Origin: an uncultured Methanomassiliicoccales archaeon
Lineage (GTDB): Archaea; Thermoplasmatota; Thermoplasmata; Methanomassiliicoccales; JAAEEP01
DNA: 43,697 nt
Assembly (NCBI GenBank): GCA_964594225.1
Contig: CAZQLP010000004.1
Coordinates: forward strand, 1-43,697
Direction of reading: 5' to 3'
Shown here: piece by piece, positions 27,310-36,868 of the stretch
Layout: every line of letters starts with the position of its first letter
Numbering within the stretch: position 1 is the stretch's first letter
Translations under genes and position numbers: made by a program
The notes under the pieces: model-generated
Databases searched by the model: none
The model's input: the letters and a program-made list of their open reading frames with translations, nothing else
Told to the model about the DNA's origin: nothing

Positions 27310-28002
27310 ATGGCTCGCAAGAAGAGAAAGGTAGAAGAGAAGGAGGAGGAGTACGAGTGGGTGCCTCCGGAATTCGATGAGAAGGCCTTTCTAGAGAAGG
27401 ATATCAAGGGCACGAGGGCCCTGATAATCACGGTAATTTCGTGCGTGATATTCGCCATCATCGGGTACTTCGTGGGAACGGCCGTCCACTGGGCCCTTGG
27501 ATTCGTGGTGGTTCTCGTGGGCATCTTCCTCCTCAGATACATCTACCCGCTATCCGGTGTGAACAGGGAGGCGCTCGATACCAAGACCATGATCGGGAAC
27601 TATGTCCTGTTCTTCCTGCTATTCCTAGGGCTTTGGATACTGTTCATGAACCCACCGTTCTCCGACCACACCGACCCCTCGATCGGGGATCCCGTCACAT
27701 GGGTGCAGGTCGATGGGGGGTGGACCGAGCTTACGGACGCTAACAGGCAGACCCTCATTCATGCTGGGGATCCGGTCAACATCACCTCTGTGGTGACCGA
27801 CAATGGACAGTTATCCAGCGTGCTCATCAAGGTGTCGCTGGCAGGAGAGACTGGCACCTATGTGAACATGACTGACATGGGGGATGGTCTGTACGAGTTC
27901 AACAGTACATACTCCGAGGGAGGATACGTCTTCACCATCAAGGCGGGCGATGTCGCCGGAAATATCAACGAGAAGGATGAAACATTCCTGGTGAACGCCT
28001 GA
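27310..28002 (+). CDS. Hypothetical membrane protein with a C-terminal Ig-like domain
   Basis: It starts MARKKRK, has three hydrophobic helices and then a beta-rich extracellular-type region. A TATA-like ATTTATAC lies about 30 nt upstream. Confidence 0.6.
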   Translation: MARKKRKVEEKEEEYEWVPPEFDEKAFLEKDIKGTRALIITVISCVIFAIIGYFVGTAVHWALGFVVVLVGIFLLRYIYPLSGVNREALDTKTMIGNYVLFFLLFLGLWILFMNPPFSDHTDPSIGDPVTWVQVDGGWTELTDANRQTLIHAGDPVNITSVVTDNGQLSSVLIKVSLAGETGTYVNMTDMGDGLYEFNSTYSEGGYVFTIKAGDVAGNINEKDETFLVNA

Positions 28003-28008
28003 TCGGGA

Positions 28009-29334
28009 CTAGATCTCCCAGTTCTTTCTCTTGTCGATCAGTGCCGAGAGTGCCCCGTGGTATATGGGATCAAAGATCTCCTCACCACCTGCCACAATGT
28101 ATCCCGCGAGATCCTTGAACTCGCTGCCCAATGCCGTCCGTTCAACCCTGCTCTCAAGGAGATCCAGGGCATTGGGGAATTCCCTCTGGACCAGGACGAC
28201 CCATCGGCCCCCCTTGATGAAGGGAGCGCTCATTCCCGCGGTGGCCCATTTCTCCAGGAACCTTTCTGAGTGTTCCATCCATACAGGCGGTCCGACGTGC
28301 CTTCTGCATCTGGGCAGGACCTCGTTCTCCAGCTCAAAGACGAAGTAGACCCTGTCATCGACAAGAAATGCGCTGTCCACGACAACGAAGTCGAACTCAC
28401 CCAGAAGGTTCATCAGGCCCTCAAGGGTCTTCCTTGCCTGGGGGAACAGGTTGTCGTCGATTATATCGGGTCGATCGAACGCGGCCACGACCACCGACGT
28501 GCCCCTCTCCGAGATCGACCACGTGATCTCTTCATCTGGTAGAGGTTCCCTCTCCCTCGGAAAGAAGAAATCAATTCTCTCGGAGTGAAGGTATTCAATG
28601 CAGGCCTGGATGAACAGTGCGAAGGAATCGACAGACAGGGCTGAGGCCACGTTCCTTCCGGGATCGGTGGGGTCGTAGAAGATAAGGGGGTCATTGAATC
28701 TCGTTTTCCCCCGTTCTTCCAACCACAAGGTGGTCCCATGGATCCATCCGGTCGCGTTCTCGAGAACAGAACGGAAGTCACCGTACCTCATCACCAGCAG
28801 CTCGGTGAGGTATCCGGAGAATCCCTCCACCCTCGCCTCGGCCCCGTAGACCCCCACGCCCTTCATGAACTGCTTGAGAAGCCTCACCTCGTTCCTCTGC
28901 TCCGGTTTCAGATTCTCCACCACGTATCTCATATGGAAGGGAGTCCTGTCCACGGCGGATTTCAGCTCCGAGGCGTCCTCGAGATCGTAACAGGGAACGA
29001 TATCAACGTCGAATCCCTGGCACTCCCCGTGCACGTAGGGATGTTCGGCATACTTCTCCTCTCCTTCAATCACCCTCTTGCCCAGCTCGAGTCCTCTCTG
29101 CTCCAACAAATCGCGGGGCAGGTCTTTGGAAAAGAGAACGAAGAGGTCGATGTCCGTCGATACCAGGTAGGTGTCCTTGGCCACCGATCCCACAAGAAGC
29201 ACTTCCACATCCAGGGCCAGCTCCTCCGCGTTGGATCTAATGCTTCGCATGATCGATTCGACCGTCCCATTAATCCTGGATCTGAATTCTGGATCGGGGG
29301 ATATCCTATCAAGGACCTCGCTCTCGATAGACAT
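28009..29334 (-). CDS. cca: CCA-adding enzyme (archaeal class I tRNA nucleotidyltransferase)
   Basis: It has the LLVGSVAKDTYL...DIDLFVLF nucleotidyltransferase motif and is of archaeal length (~441 aa from the ATG at 29334; the track start is 29361). Confidence 0.9.
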   Translation of the reverse strand: MSIESEVLDRISPDPEFRSRINGTVESIMRSIRSNAEELALDVEVLLVGSVAKDTYLVSTDIDLFVLFSKDLPRDLLEQRGLELGKRVIEGEEKYAEHPYVHGECQGFDVDIVPCYDLEDASELKSAVDRTPFHMRYVVENLKPEQRNEVRLLKQFMKGVGVYGAEARVEGFSGYLTELLVMRYGDFRSVLENATGWIHGTTLWLEERGKTRFNDPLIFYDPTDPGRNVASALSVDSFALFIQACIEYLHSERIDFFFPREREPLPDEEITWSISERGTSVVVAAFDRPDIIDDNLFPQARKTLEGLMNLLGEFDFVVVDSAFLVDDRVYFVFELENEVLPRCRRHVGPPVWMEHSERFLEKWATAGMSAPFIKGGRWVVLVQREFPNALDLLESRVERTALGSEFKDLAGYIVAGGEEIFDPIYHGALSALIDKRKNWEI

Positions 29335-29660
29335 CCAGCCACCATATGCGGGTCGACTCATTAATCCTTCCCCCGCTTTTCAGAATGTAGGTTCAAGGCA
29401 ATAGGAGGTGTGTGGTGTCCAAGGTCGATGTCTTGGTGGGGATTCTGCAAAACTGCCTAGGAGGAAAGTTGAGCCACCGACCTCAGACACCGACTTAACG
29501 ATTAATGCACTACTATAAAAAACTTGTGTATATTAAGCTCGAAAGAAAGGTCTAAGAACCGCTGAAAAAAGGTCCACATAATCCATCCGAAATGGGGAAC
29601 ACACAATACCACCCAGTAAATCATCGCTCGCCATTCTGATCAAGGCAATCAGGGGTCAAC

Positions 29661-30473
29661 TCAATCTCCCCCGATACCGTTCTCACCCCTCCTTGTAATC
29701 CTCACCGTTCGACCGATGCCGATCCTCATGAGATCGTCCGCGGGAACGGTCCTTATCCCCGTTCTATCCTCGATGTATCTGGACTGGGTACGGACACCAT
29801 CATGGAGTAGCTTCATTCCAAAGTGGGTCAGGATCGCCATCTTCGGTCTGATGGCGTCGACCATTTCGGCCGCCGCCTCGGTGCTCAGATGCTTGGGGAT
29901 CCTTGAGCCCAGCGGTCTCGTCAGGTTGAGGATCAGGACCCTGGCCCCCCTGTGGGCGTCCACCACGTCGTCGTCGATCTCCGTGTCGGAGACATATGAA
30001 ACATCCCCATCCGAGGTCCTGAACCTGAATCCCACACCCGATGGATCGCTGTGTACGGTGGGGGTAACGCTTACCTTCATCTCCCCAAGCTTGAATCGGT
30101 TCCCCGCTTCTGCCACAATCACCTCCTCGGGTATGGACTGATGGTATCCGGAGATGCAGGGCCCCAGGTTCCCTTCTCCCTCGATGACCGTTCGGCTCCC
30201 TACCAGCACCCCCCTCCTCTTGAACCCCCCCCTCGCCATCCCCTCTATCAGCACCTCCGCGTCAACGTAGTGATCGGGGTGACAGTGGGAGACCAGGATC
30301 GCATCCGTCCTGGCGGGATCCAGGGACAGCCTCCTCATGTTGGTGAGTGCTCCAGGTCCGGGGTCCAAGTGGATGTTCACCCCATCCTGGATGTATATAC
30401 CACCAGTGCTCCTGATCTGATAGATGGTGGCGAATCGACCTCCACCGGTTCCCAGGAAAGTTATCGATGTCAA
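29661..30473 (-). CDS. MBL-fold metallo-hydrolase
   Basis: FLGTGGG... and the HCHPDH motif. 270 aa. Confidence 0.8.
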   Translation of the reverse strand: MTSITFLGTGGGRFATIYQIRSTGGIYIQDGVNIHLDPGPGALTNMRRLSLDPARTDAILVSHCHPDHYVDAEVLIEGMARGGFKRRGVLVGSRTVIEGEGNLGPCISGYHQSIPEEVIVAEAGNRFKLGEMKVSVTPTVHSDPSGVGFRFRTSDGDVSYVSDTEIDDDVVDAHRGARVLILNLTRPLGSRIPKHLSTEAAAEMVDAIRPKMAILTHFGMKLLHDGVRTQSRYIEDRTGIRTVPADDLMRIGIGRTVRITRRGENGIGGD

Positions 30474-30625
30474 CTTGACCAGCCCGCTCTGTCCGACTGA
30501 GCTCCTTTTCAGATCGGGACGTGTTCAAATCATGAATGCCAATAAAGACCTTTCCCCCCTACGGACTCCTGTGAACCGGGGGGAAAGCCTTTTTATCGCC
30601 CCACTGGCATGATTGACCGATTGAA

Positions 30626-31912
30626 ATGAGCCTAGTCATCAGGAACGCGTTCATAGTGACCCAGGACTCCGAACGAAGCTTGATGAGGGGGGACATCCTG
30701 GTGGAGGGTGACAGGATCGCGGCCGTTGGAGATGTCAGGGGCGGTGCTGACATCGAAATCGATGCCGAGGGGGACGTCGTTCTCCCTGGATTGATCAACG
30801 CCCATACACATGTCTCCATGAGCGTGATGAAAGGCATGGCGGACGACCTCGCCTTCCCGGACTTCCTGGACAGGGTGTTCGCCATAGACGGTCGCCGCAG
30901 GCCCGAGGACATCGCCGCCGGGACCAAACTGGGGCTGATGGAGATGATAGCGGGTGGGACCACTACATTCGTGGATCTCTACTACTCACTCGATATCATA
31001 GCCAGGGAGGTGGAGAGGGCAGGTACGAGGGGCGTGCTCTGCTGGGCGGTCCTCGACGAGGAGTTCACCACCCAGGAGGGTGTGCCCATCGAGAATTGCC
31101 GCCGTTTCTATGACGATTTCAAGGGAAGCGATCTGGTATATCCAGGGGTGGGCCCCCAGGGGGTGTACGTGTGCTCTGACGAGACCCTGATGAGGGCATC
31201 GGAGCTCGCCATGGAGGAAAGGATACCGCTCACCTTCCACCTCTCGGAGACCAGGGGAGAGGTCTACCAGTACAGTGAGAAGGTGGGGAGGAGACCTGTT
31301 GAGCATCTCCATGATATTGGGTTCCTAAACCAGAGATGCATAGCAGCCCACTCAGCCTGGCTGACGCTCAGGGAGGTGCGGCTCATGGCCGAGAACGGGG
31401 CATCGGTGGCGACCTGTCCCGTCTCCAACATGAAGCTGGCCACTGGAGGAGTGGCCCCCGTGCCGGAGATGCAGGCGGCGGGTGTGAACGTCTCTCTGGG
31501 GACGGATGGCAGCTCGACAAACAACAGCCTTGACATGTTCGGGGAGATGAAGTTCCTGGCCCTGCTCCAGAAATCCAACCGGTGGGACGCCACCGTGCTC
31601 AGGGCGCAGGAGGTGCTGGACACCGCCACCGTTAACGGGGCGAGAGCCCTGGGAATGGGATCGGAACTGGGATCGATCGAGGTGGGGAAGAAGGCGGACA
31701 TAATCGTCCTAGATGGGGGAGCGCCGAACCTCAATCCCCTGACCATGGAGAACATGGTGTCCAACCTGGTCTACTCCGCTTCCTGTCTTAACGTCAAGAC
31801 GACCATATGCAATGGCCATTTACTCTACCTGGACGGTGAGTTCCAGACAATGGACCTGGAGCGGGTTCTGAAGGACGCGAGGGAGGCATCGGAGTATCTT
31901 CTCAACCCGTGA
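30626..31912 (+). CDS. mtaD: Amidohydrolase, 5'-methylthioadenosine/S-adenosylhomocysteine deaminase-like (MtaD family)
   Basis: LPGLINAHTHVSM, HLSET and GTDG motifs. 428 aa. Confidence 0.8.
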   Translation: MSLVIRNAFIVTQDSERSLMRGDILVEGDRIAAVGDVRGGADIEIDAEGDVVLPGLINAHTHVSMSVMKGMADDLAFPDFLDRVFAIDGRRRPEDIAAGTKLGLMEMIAGGTTTFVDLYYSLDIIAREVERAGTRGVLCWAVLDEEFTTQEGVPIENCRRFYDDFKGSDLVYPGVGPQGVYVCSDETLMRASELAMEERIPLTFHLSETRGEVYQYSEKVGRRPVEHLHDIGFLNQRCIAAHSAWLTLREVRLMAENGASVATCPVSNMKLATGGVAPVPEMQAAGVNVSLGTDGSSTNNSLDMFGEMKFLALLQKSNRWDATVLRAQEVLDTATVNGARALGMGSELGSIEVGKKADIIVLDGGAPNLNPLTMENMVSNLVYSASCLNVKTTICNGHLLYLDGEFQTMDLERVLKDAREASEYLLNP

Positions 31913-31944
31913 GCTGATCTGATCGCGCATCATTTGAAAGGGAA

Positions 31945-32056
31945 TGGTCCCGACTCCCGGATTTGAACCGGGGACCTGCTGATATCGGCGACTGATGACC
32001 GGCAAGCCGGTAACCCACTACAGTCAGCCGCTCTAGCCAGTCTGAGCTAAGTCGGG
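31945..32056 (-). tRNA. tRNA-Tyr(GUA) with a 34-nt intron at position 37/38; CCA encoded
   Basis: Reverse strand: CCCGACT-TA-GCTC-AGACTGGCTA-GAGC-G-GCTGA-CTGTAG[intron]A-TCAGC-AGGTC-CCCGG-TTCAAAT-CCGGG-AGTCGGG-A-CCA. The C1:G72 pair is the archaeal/eukaryal Tyr identity pair. The intron contains the hairpin CCGGCTTGCCGG. Confidence 0.9.
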
Positions 32057-32081
32057 TCACTTTGACCATAATAGTGATTCC

Positions 32082-32088
32082 ATATTTA
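32082..32088 (-). promoter_or_regulatory. TATA-like box (TAAATAT on the minus strand) for tRNA-Tyr
   Basis: It lies 26-32 nt upstream of the mature tRNA 5' end, which is typical archaeal TATA-to-TSS spacing. Confidence 0.4.
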
Positions 32089-32190
32089 GCGATTGTGTCC
32101 AGACAGTCCCATCACGATGGTCTGACGGGGCTCATGCCCCTTTATTTTTCCTTCTGGCTGCAATCTATCGTTATCTTTTTCATAGTAATG

Positions 32191-32198
32191 TATAAATA
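32191..32198 (+). promoter_or_regulatory. TATA box TATAAATA for the ribbon-helix-helix gene
   Basis: It lies about 50 nt upstream of the ATG at 32248. AAGGAGG sits at 32226-32232 between them. Confidence 0.4.
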
Positions 32199-32247
32199 GT
32201 AATCCTGATATATATTGTCAGACAAAGGAGGTCTCTTCGACCTCTTT

Positions 32248-32499
32248 ATGCTTGGTGCGAGCATGGATTCAGAACTGGAGAAGGTAACGATCCGCCTCCC
32301 TGCCAGATACATCAGGGCGCTGGATTTCTTGGTTCAGGTCGATGATTATCCATCCAGGTCGGAGGCGATCAGGGCGGCCGTTAGGGACATGGTATACGAC
32401 AGGGTAAGGCTGGTCATGGAGAAGATCGAGAGGATGGAGGAAGCAGAGAAGGCACTCGCATCAATGGAGATCTTCGAGGAAAAATACCTCAATAAGTAG
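32248..32499 (+). CDS. Ribbon-helix-helix (CopG/CdrS-like) small DNA-binding protein
   Basis: KVTIRLPARYIRALDFLVQVDDYPSRSEAIRAAVRDMV is a classic RHH beta-alpha-alpha pattern. The ATG at 32248 is preferred over the track's TTG at 32215. Confidence 0.75.
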   Translation: MLGASMDSELEKVTIRLPARYIRALDFLVQVDDYPSRSEAIRAAVRDMVYDRVRLVMEKIERMEEAEKALASMEIFEEKYLNK

Positions 32500-32623
32500 C
32501 CTGCTGGAGCAGGGATGGGATGCACAGGTTGGGGCCGGGGTATTCAATACCCACCTCATTTTTCTTTCATAACCCAGGTCTATTGATCAGGGAATGAGAA
32601 AGCAAAGGGACGAATAGAAGGGA

Positions 32624-33391
32624 TCAACCTATGTATCCAAGGTCCTCCCTCTTGGGCTCCTGCGGGGTCTCGATCTCCTTCAGCTTTGAGGTGATCATGT
32701 CGATCTGCTCGGCCTTGTCCTTCAGGTCGCTGAAGTCTATCTCCACCTTAAGTATGTCTGCCAGGACCCTGAGCACCGCCTCGGCTCCTTTCGGATCGAC
32801 GAAGTAGCCGGATGTCTCCCCCATCAGGCAGATCGCCTTGATCCCGTAAACCTTGCCGAGCCCCAGGAGCAAGCCGCTCGCGCCAACTATGCCGCTTCCG
32901 GGCTCTCCCTTGGAGAAGATCACTCCCTTCTCCTTCATCTGTTCGATCAGCTCCATATCCGTGGCGGCACCCAGGACCCTGGGCTCGTCCACCATCTTGC
33001 CGACGCCGTATCCTCCCAGGGTGAAGATCATCTTGGTACCGTACTTCATGGCCACTTTGAGCACGTGGTCGGACAGCTCATACTGTCCCTCAGGGGTCAG
33101 GGCTTGGTAATCGCCCAGCAGCATCAGCAGGTCGGGGCGCTCCCCTTCGCCCTTTGAGTAGTACAGCTCGTTGTTGACAAGCTTGATGATCCCGTCATCG
33201 TCCACCACGACCTGCGGTGGGAAATGTTTTGAGTAGACGTCAGCCAGTTTGACGGCGTCTATCTGGTCCAGGAGATGTTCCGCTGCGAGCTTCCCCACGT
33301 TGCCGACCCCTGGAAGTCCCTCTATCAGTATGGGATCCTTGAGTTCCGGTTCCTCGTAGAAGATGGTCTTGATGCTCTCCATATCAACCAC
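32624..33391 (-). CDS. PAC2-family proteasome assembly chaperone
   Basis: The N-terminus reads ...LIEGLPGVGNVGKLAAEHL... About 255 aa. It sits in the conserved archaeal neighbourhood downstream of nop10 and aIF2-alpha. The start is either GTG at 33391 or ATG at 33382. Confidence 0.8.
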   Translation of the reverse strand: MVDMESIKTIFYEEPELKDPILIEGLPGVGNVGKLAAEHLLDQIDAVKLADVYSKHFPPQVVVDDDGIIKLVNNELYYSKGEGERPDLLMLLGDYQALTPEGQYELSDHVLKVAMKYGTKMIFTLGGYGVGKMVDEPRVLGAATDMELIEQMKEKGVIFSKGEPGSGIVGASGLLLGLGKVYGIKAICLMGETSGYFVDPKGAEAVLRVLADILKVEIDFSDLKDKAEQIDMITSKLKEIETPQEPKREDLGYIG

Positions 33392-33560
33392 GTCCCTTGT
33401 CGAGATTCTCCTTCTTGAGTCTTCTGCGGTACTCCCCCCACTTGTCCTCTGGGGAATACCTGGGTGGGATGGGAATCACGGCCTTCTCGCCGCACCTGGC
33501 ACATCTCTCACCCAATGTATATTCTTCGCAACTCTGGCACTTTCTTAGCAATGTCCTCAT
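33384..33560 (-). CDS. nop10: Ribosome biogenesis protein Nop10 (H/ACA RNP component)
   Basis: Trimmed to the ATG at 33560: MRTLLRKCQSCEEYTLGERCARCGEKAVIPIPPRYSPEDKWGEYRRRLKKE. This shows the zinc ribbon plus the PPRYSPEDK motif. Confidence 0.9.
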   Translation of the reverse strand: MRTLLRKCQSCEEYTLGERCARCGEKAVIPIPPRYSPEDKWGEYRRRLKKENLDKGRG

Positions 33561-33637
33561 AGTTAATCTTTCCTTTGCCGTCCCCGAAACCCTGGGCGGG
33601 TGGAATAGCGACAGGGCAATGAATGACTGTTGGAGCC

Positions 33638-34414
33638 TCACTCCCTGTGGAAGCTGCCCTCGCCCCCGAACTCCTCCACGGTGGCCATGATATGACCGGT
33701 TATCTTTTTGAGCTCCTCCTCGGCGATCTTGTAATCCGCTGCTTTGATCACCAGCCTGTAGCGAGGGGCGCCTATGTATTGTATCGTTACCGATTCCTCG
33801 GATCGCTCCATCCCCTCCGTGAGGGCCTTCTTCAGCACCTCGACACCGTTAGGGGAGGGACAGGTGACTTCCAGATAACCATCTATCTGGACATAGGGGG
33901 GCGTCACGTTCTCCTCGGCAACCTCGACGAACGCCTCGACCCAGTCGCCTTCGTAGCCCTCCTCCCTGAGGACTTCCTTGTTGGCGGAGCACTGCTCGAA
34001 CGCGGCATATAGTGTGCCGAACTCCTCAACGAGGTCGCTTCCGAATTCACTGTACGTCTCAGCAAGGGTCTTCCCGAGTCGAACGCCGACGATGCCCAAA
34101 AGCTTCTCGGCCTTGTTCTCGTTCTTCCACTGCTGTATCTTCTCCCTCTTCTGATGCTCGTTGACTGATTTGAGAGAGAGATCTATATGACCCTTCGAGG
34201 CGTCCACGTCCAGGACCTTGCAGACAATCTTCTGTCCCTCCCGGACGTAGTCCCTGATGTACTTCACCCAGCCGGTAGCGACGTCCCTGATGTGGATGAA
34301 CCCCTCTTTTCCCTCGTACTCGTCGAGAGACACGAACGCACCGAAGTTCTTAACGTTCTTGACAGTGCAGACGACCAGTTCACTCTCCTCGGGGAATTCG
34401 CTTCCGCGGACCAT
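33638..34414 (-). CDS. eif2a: Translation initiation factor 2 subunit alpha (aIF2-alpha)
   Basis: 258 aa with an N-terminal S1 domain (VVCTVKNVKNFGAFVSLDEYEGKEGFIHIRDV). The rest is collinear with aIF2-alpha. Confidence 0.95.
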   Translation of the reverse strand: MVRGSEFPEESELVVCTVKNVKNFGAFVSLDEYEGKEGFIHIRDVATGWVKYIRDYVREGQKIVCKVLDVDASKGHIDLSLKSVNEHQKREKIQQWKNENKAEKLLGIVGVRLGKTLAETYSEFGSDLVEEFGTLYAAFEQCSANKEVLREEGYEGDWVEAFVEVAEENVTPPYVQIDGYLEVTCPSPNGVEVLKKALTEGMERSEESVTIQYIGAPRYRLVIKAADYKIAEEELKKITGHIMATVEEFGGEGSFHRE

Positions 34415-34415
34415 C

Positions 34416-34595
34416 CTAACCGACCACCTCGAGCAGCTCTCCCTTCACCTCGCCCCCGCCGCCCGTGGGCTTGATGAGGGTCGACCCGCAGACGTGGCAG
34501 ATGACAGTTGAAGAGGGCCTGCTGAACGATATCTGCTCGTTTCCGCAATCTGCGCACTTGACCTTGATGAACTTACCCGTCTTCGTCTCGGACAT
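34416..34595 (-). CDS. rps27e: 30S ribosomal protein S27e (eS27; 59 aa, not in the ORF track)
   Basis: Hand translation: [59 protein letters not shown]. It shows the CxxC...CxxC ribbon. Its stop lies 1 nt before the aIF2-alpha start. Confidence 0.85.
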   Translation of the reverse strand: MSETKTGKFIKVKCADCGNEQISFSRPSSTVICHVCGSTLIKPTGGGGEVKGELLEVVG

Positions 34596-34601
34596 CCTTG
34601 A

Positions 34602-34880
34602 TCACTCCGTAAGCTCGAACTGCTTTGCCCTGAAGCAGGACTTCTGATGGGCTTTGTTGCATTGCTTGCAGCGGTAGCGCAGCAGGACCCTCTTAGTGGG
34701 TTTCTCCCTGCCCTCAGGCTTTGGTCTGGGGAAACCGCCATATCCTGATGTGACTCTCCTGAACCGCCTCTGACCCCACTTGAGCTCACTCGCCTTCTTC
34801 TTTTTCACCCTCTCGACCTCGTGAGGTGTGTGGGTCTTGCAGTAAGGACAGTAAGTGTTGATGGTTCTGGGCATCTTCAT
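34602..34880 (-). CDS. rpl44e: 50S ribosomal protein L44e (eL42)
   Basis: Trimmed to the ATG at 34880: [29 protein letters not shown]...[15 protein letters not shown] lies 8-11 nt upstream. Confidence 0.9.
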   Translation of the reverse strand: MKMPRTINTYCPYCKTHTPHEVERVKKKKASELKWGQRRFRRVTSGYGGFPRPKPEGREKPTKRVLLRYRCKQCNKAHQKSCFRAKQFELTE

Positions 34881-34921
34881 ATTATTGCCTCTGGATGCAG
34901 GTTGCCCTAATACGCATTTGG

Positions 34922-34929
34922 TATATAAA
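34922..34929 (-). promoter_or_regulatory. TATA box (TTTATATA on the minus strand) for the rpl44e-rps27e-eif2a-nop10 operon
   Basis: It lies 42-49 nt upstream of the rpl44e ATG, in an AT-rich divergent intergenic region. Confidence 0.4.
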
Positions 34930-35084
34930 TGCTTAGCAGCACTAATATATGATTTTGGGTGCTGGACACAATCTGAGCTGTCATTGAGCACCGACCGCTC
35001 CCGGACCCGTGATTTCATGTGCCGAACGCCCTTTAAAGCGGTTATCCGACCGGTTCACGATAGGTGAACATGATATGAATGGAA

Positions 35085-35098
35085 AAAGATATATATAT
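35085..35098 (+). promoter_or_regulatory. TATA-like AAAGATATATATAT for the wHTH regulator gene
   Basis: It is centred about 33 nt upstream of the ATG at 35126, which implies a leaderless or very short-leader transcript. Confidence 0.35.
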
Positions 35099-35125
35099 GT
35101 AACGAATAATAATTGAGTAGAGATT

Positions 35126-35488
35126 ATGGTAGCTGATGGATTTTCCGATGACGACGAGAGTCTCGTTGATCTCCTGACCAAGGCGGGAATGTCAAAGAAC
35201 GTGGCGCGAACCCTAGCATTCCTCCGAAACAGGGAGGAGACCACCTCCGTGGAAATAGAGACCTCCACGGCCCTCAGGCAGCCCGAGGTCTCCATAGCCA
35301 TGCAGGAGCTCAGGAGGAGGAAGTGGGTCATCAAGCGCGACATCAAGAAGGAGGGCAAGGGGAGGCCCGTTCACTCCTACAAGCTGGCGATTCCTTTCGA
35401 GAAGATAGTCGAGACCATCGACAAGGAGGAGCAGAGGCGCATCTCCTTCATAGAGTCCAATGTCAGGAAGCTCAGGAAGTACACCTGA
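35126..35488 (+). CDS. ArsR-type winged helix-turn-helix transcriptional regulator
   Basis: 120 aa. ...ARTLAFLRNREETTSVEIETSTALRQPEVSIAMQELRRRKWV...GRPVHSYKL shows the wHTH pattern. Confidence 0.75.
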   Translation: MVADGFSDDDESLVDLLTKAGMSKNVARTLAFLRNREETTSVEIETSTALRQPEVSIAMQELRRRKWVIKRDIKKEGKGRPVHSYKLAIPFEKIVETIDKEEQRRISFIESNVRKLRKYT

Positions 35489-35489
35489 G

Positions 35490-36161
35490 CTATTCCCTCA
35501 CCTGGACACCGCCCTTCCCCGCAATGATTATTTTGTCAGCCAGACCTATGAATAGCCCGTTCTCCACCACACCGGGAATGGAGTCAAGTTCCCTCTCCAG
35601 TTCCTCGGGGTCCGTGATGGAGCTGTACTCGCAGTCGTAGATGAAGTTCCCGCTGTCGGTGATGAAGGGGGTACCGCCGCCCCTCAACATCGCCCTGCAG
35701 CCGGTGGTCTCGATCCTTTCCCTCGTCCTGAGATGCCCGAAGGATATCACCTCAACGGGAAGCGGGGACCTGGTACCAAGCACGCTGACGAGTTTCGAAT
35801 CATCGACAACGACGATCTCCACGTCGGTGCAGGAGGCAATGATCTTCTCTCTCAGTAGGGCACCACCCATGCCCTTAATCAGCCTATTCTGCGGATCGAC
35901 CTCGTCCGCACCATCGATGGTGACGTCCAGCCTGTTCACCCCCTCCAGGGTGGTCAGCGGTATCCCGAACCCCCGGGCGATCTCCTCGGTCCGCAGTGAT
36001 GTTGGAACGCCCACCAGATCGTGTCCGCCCTTAACCAGATCCCTTATCGCCTCCAGGGCGAAGTATGTGGTCGAACCTGTCCCAAGGCCGATCGCCATCC
36101 CGTCCTCTATCCACTCCACCGCCTTGATCGCCGCCGCCTTCTTGCTCTCCTCACTGTTCAT
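35490..36161 (-). CDS. rpiA: Ribose-5-phosphate isomerase A
   Basis: GLGTGST, DGADEVD and KGMGGALLREK motifs. 223 aa. It overlaps the upstream gene by 4 nt. Confidence 0.95.
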   Translation of the reverse strand: MNSEESKKAAAIKAVEWIEDGMAIGLGTGSTTYFALEAIRDLVKGGHDLVGVPTSLRTEEIARGFGIPLTTLEGVNRLDVTIDGADEVDPQNRLIKGMGGALLREKIIASCTDVEIVVVDDSKLVSVLGTRSPLPVEVISFGHLRTRERIETTGCRAMLRGGGTPFITDSGNFIYDCEYSSITDPEELERELDSIPGVVENGLFIGLADKIIIAGKGGVQVRE

Positions 36162-36853
36162 ACTCCCATTCTCCTTCGAATGATGTCCTCGAGTCTGTTG
36201 ACAACGTGGTCGTTGACCTTCCTTCCAAGCTCCGGGGAGGCGTCCTCCGCCGGGCCGGCGTACCCCTGTGGATAGCAGACCTCGGGATCGGCGATCACCA
36301 TGTGCTCCTGATCGACGAACTCTCCTCTGCCCCTTCCATCCCTTACCAGGTCGGGGGCTATGGCCATGATACGGGAGGTCTCTATCAATCCCCCATGTCC
36401 ATCATCCCCCTTCATGCCCATCTCCTCCGAAACCTCCCATGCAAGGTCGTAGTCGGCGAGGAGCATGACGCTCACCTCCCCACCTGCGACCACTTCCTCT
36501 GCCGCCACCTTCAGGGCGGCGAGATGTACGTGCCCGGCATGGCCGCTGAGCACCACTATCTTTCGTATGCCGTCCGCTATCAGGGCTTCCATGACCTCCC
36601 TGACCAATGCCCTCAGGGTGTCGAAGCTGATGCCGATGGTGCCCACCATGTTGCGGGTGGAACTGTGGTGACCGTACTTGATGGGCGGGGCCACGAGCCC
36701 TCCTATTCTCGATGCCAACATATCAGCGATGGCCTCTGGTTGAAATGAATCCGTTCCCAGGGGGAGGTGGGGGCCGTGGGCCTCCGTGGCTCCCACCGGC
36801 AGTATCACCACTGGATTCCTGTCTATCTCCTTCTTCAGCTCCGTGGTGGTCAT
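36158..36853 (-). CDS. Creatininase-family amidohydrolase (ArfB-like)
   Basis: ILPVGATEAHGPHLPLGTD and ...SGHAGH... are motifs of the creatininase fold. The start is either ATG at 36853 or TTG at 36868. Confidence 0.8.
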   Translation of the reverse strand: MTTTELKKEIDRNPVVILPVGATEAHGPHLPLGTDSFQPEAIADMLASRIGGLVAPPIKYGHHSSTRNMVGTIGISFDTLRALVREVMEALIADGIRKIVVLSGHAGHVHLAALKVAAEEVVAGGEVSVMLLADYDLAWEVSEEMGMKGDDGHGGLIETSRIMAIAPDLVRDGRGRGEFVDQEHMVIADPEVCYPQGYAGPAEDASPELGRKVNDHVVNRLEDIIRRRMGV

Positions 36854-36868
36854 CTCTTCGATATGCAA

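Noticed and set aside
32127-32149. GGGGC-TCAT-GCCCC hairpin followed by TTTATTTTT (looks like an intrinsic terminator on the plus strand)
   Set aside because: No plus-strand gene ends nearby. mtaD ends 215 nt upstream, with an antisense tRNA in between, and the element sits in the promoter region shared by tRNA-Tyr and the RHH gene. Its function is ambiguous, so I did not call it a terminator.
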